A stretch of 64,000 nucleotides of DNA from Betaproteobacteria bacterium (GTDB taxonomy: Bacteria > Pseudomonadota > Gammaproteobacteria > Burkholderiales > UBA3065): positions 11,391 to 75,390 of the forward strand of contig JAIXXL010000008.1 of assembly GCA_027490755.1 (NCBI GenBank). Direction: 5' to 3'. The notes below the pieces were generated by a model. It saw only the letters and a program-made list of their open reading frames with translations, was not told the origin of the DNA and did no database searches. Of this stretch, positions 62,168 to 64,000 are shown piece by piece. The position numbers and the translations under genes are program-made. Position 1 is the stretch's first letter. The number at the start of each line of letters is the position of its first letter.

Positions 62168-63504
62168 GCCGCGCCCTCCCCTGCACCGTCGCGGCGGGGG
62201 CCACGACGACGACGACGGCGGCGCGGCGAGGCGCTGCCGGTGGATTCGGTGACCAGCAGCGACTCGCGGTCGACCGGGTTGGCGTTCTGGAAGTCCTCCC
62301 ACCAGTCGGCGACCTCCATCTCCGTCTCTCCGGCCTCGGCGCGCAGGCGGAAAAAGTCATAAGCGGCGCGGAATCGCGGGTTCTCCAGCAGGCGCATGGG
62401 GCGCTGGCCGTTGCGCTGCAAGAAGCGCGGCTGCAGCAGCCAGATCTCCTTCATGCCGGCGTCGAAACGGCGCGGAATGGGCAGCTTCTTGGCCTGACCG
62501 TCGAGGGCCACGTTCATCGCCTCGAGCAGGGCCGGGACCGGCCGCTCACCGGCCGCCTCTGCGGCCTGCCAGGCCTTGAACACCTGCGGCCAGAGCAAGG
62601 CGGCGAGCAGGAAGGTGGGCGAGACCGGCTTGTCCTCGGTGATGCGCTGATCGGTATTGGCCAGCGCGGCGAGGATGAAGCGCTCGCTGACCGGCTCGCG
62701 CAGGGCGGCGTCGAGTTGCGGCAGCAGGTCGCGGTCGAGGCCCTCGGCGTGCAGCGCACGCAGGCACTGCGCGGCCTGGCCCGACATCAGCAGCTTGACC
62801 AGCTCGTCGAACAGCCGCGCCTCCGGCACGTTGCGCAGCAGTGGCGCCAGCTCACGGATGGGTGCGCTGGTGGGGCGGTCGATGTTCAGCCCGAGCTTGG
62901 CCGAGAGGCGCGCCGCGCGCAGCATCCGCACCGGGTCTTCGCGGTAGCGCTTGATCGGGTCGCCGATCATGCGCAAGCGGCGCGCCTTGAGGTCGGTGAC
63001 GCCGCCGTGCCAGTCCCACACCTCTTCGCGCTGCGGGTCGAAGAACAGGGCGTTGACGGTGAAGTCGCGACGCCGCGCGTCCTCCTCCTGCGTGCCCCAG
63101 ACGTTGTCGCGCAGGATGCGGCCGTGCTCGTCGGTGCCGGCATGCTCGTCGTGGCCACCACGGAAGGTGCTGACCTCGATGGTCTCGCCACCGAACATGA
63201 CGTGCACCAGACGGAAGCGGCGGCCGATGATGCGCGAGCGACGGAACAGCGCGTGGACCTGCTCCGGGGTGGCGTTGGTGGCGACGTCGAAGTCCTTGGG
63301 CTGAACGCCGAGCAGCAGGTCGCGTACCGCGCCGCCAACCACGAAAGCCAGGTAGCCGTGCTCCTGCAGGGTGGCGGTGGTCCGCCGCGCGGCCTGGCTG
63401 ATGTGCTCGTGGCGGATGTTGTGACCGCCCTTGCCGACCACGGTGGGCGGCCGGCCAGCGCTGTGGCTGCGGCGAAAGACCTTGTTGAGCAGGCGTGTGA
63501 TCAT
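62164..63504 (-). CDS. pcnB: Poly(A) polymerase I
   Basis: FVVGGAVRDLLLGVQPKDFDVATNATPEQV, RLVHVMFG, and the nucleotidyltransferase plus RNA-binding regions. It has the conserved pcnB-folK pairing. Confidence 0.9.
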   Translation of the reverse strand: MITRLLNKVFRRSHSAGRPPTVVGKGGHNIRHEHISQAARRTTATLQEHGYLAFVVGGAVRDLLLGVQPKDFDVATNATPEQVHALFRRSRIIGRRFRLVHVMFGGETIEVSTFRGGHDEHAGTDEHGRILRDNVWGTQEEDARRRDFTVNALFFDPQREEVWDWHGGVTDLKARRLRMIGDPIKRYREDPVRMLRAARLSAKLGLNIDRPTSAPIRELAPLLRNVPEARLFDELVKLLMSGQAAQCLRALHAEGLDRDLLPQLDAALREPVSERFILAALANTDQRITEDKPVSPTFLLAALLWPQVFKAWQAAEAAGERPVPALLEAMNVALDGQAKKLPIPRRFDAGMKEIWLLQPRFLQRNGQRPMRLLENPRFRAAYDFFRLRAEAGETEMEVADWWEDFQNANPVDRESLLVTESTGSASPRRRRRRRGPRRDGAGEGAA

Positions 63505-63546
63505 CTGGCTAGTGTCGCAGACAGGGGTGGCATGCCGGAAGTCCCG

Positions 63547-64000
63547 TCAGCGCAGGCTGATCACCGGCCAGCGGCGCTCGTGCGCCACGGCCTCGAGGGC
63601 GGGGTCGGGGTCGACAGCCACCGGGTGGGTGACCCGCTCGAGCAGCGGCAGGTCGTTGCGCGAGTCGCTGTAGAACCAGCTCTCGCGCACGCTGGACAGG
63701 CTCTCGCCGTGCCCCGACAGCCAAGCCTCCAGGCGCGTGACCTTGCCCTCGCGGAAGCTCGGCGTGCCGGCGTAGCGCCCGGTGTAGCGACCCTCGACCT
63801 GCTCCGGCTCGGTGGCGATCAGGTGCTCGATGCCGAACTCTCGCGCGATGGGCGCGGTGACGAAGGCGTTGGTCGCGGTGACGATGACCAGCGTGTGACC
63901 GGCCTCACGGTGCTGCTGCACCAGCTTGCGCGCGCCGCGGCCGATGCGCGGCAGGATGCGCTCGCGCATGAACTGGCGGTGCCAGGTGTCAAGCTGGGCC
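63547..64000 (-). CDS. HAD-IB family hydrolase, C-terminal part (5' end outside window)
   Basis: LVIVTATNAFVTAPIAREFGI...GKVTRLEAWL...FYSDSRNDLPLLERVTHPVAVDPD. The frame is open to the window edge. Confidence 0.7.
   Translation of the reverse strand, partial: AQLDTWHRQFMRERILPRIGRGARKLVQQHREAGHTLVIVTATNAFVTAPIAREFGIEHLIATEPEQVEGRYTGRYAGTPSFREGKVTRLEAWLSGHGESLSSVRESWFYSDSRNDLPLLERVTHPVAVDPDPALEAVAHERRWPVISLR

Overview
High-GC (roughly two-thirds G+C) proteobacterial chromosome segment with betaproteobacterial gene order, densely packed with about 65 protein genes and one tRNA. I saw no rRNA, CRISPR array, transposase or integrase. The ORF track translates GTG/TTG starts as M, so many listed ORFs are 5'-over-extended. 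The long ORFs lying opposite real genes are high-GC shadow ORFs.

Content from left to right:
- End of a cellulose operon (bcsB', bcsZ, bcsC).
- tRNA-Leu(CAG), then rnr-rlmB.
- An orphan RTX/T1SS-type calcium-binding protein.
- rpsF-rpsR-rplI, with no priB.
- A vapBC toxin-antitoxin pair.
- purA-hisZ-hflC-hflK-hflX-hfq-der-bamB-yfgM-hisS-ispG-pilF-rlmN-ndk.
- A DAACS symporter whose ORF runs in frame into ndk.
- purM-purN, a DUF3108-like protein and an rsmB-like methyltransferase.
- A Fe(3+) ABC transporter, then lolA, rarA, serS, mltF, fpr and a DEAD-box helicase.
- A start/stop-overlapped methyltransferase-rnhA-dnaQ-HExxH operon, then gloB.
- A contiguous 10-gene serine-cycle/tetrahydrofolate C1-assimilation cluster (glyA-sga-hprA-mtdA-fch-gck-ftfL-mtkA-mtkB-mcl).
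- folE2, then ispA-xseB-panB-dNK-folK-pcnB.

The serine-cycle cluster suggests a facultative methylotroph of the Methyloversatilis/Methylibium type; this is an inference, not a database result.

I did not find a convincing new multi-gene system. The most unusual signals are small-scale:
- A reiterated stop/start junction forms a coupled mini-ORF in the iron transporter operon.
- The symporter and ndk have no stop codon between them.
- A ~165-bp imperfect palindrome could sequester the pilF translation start.
- hflX has conserved N-terminal codons upstream of any canonical start codon.
- An uncharacterised HExxH protein is translationally coupled to dnaQ.
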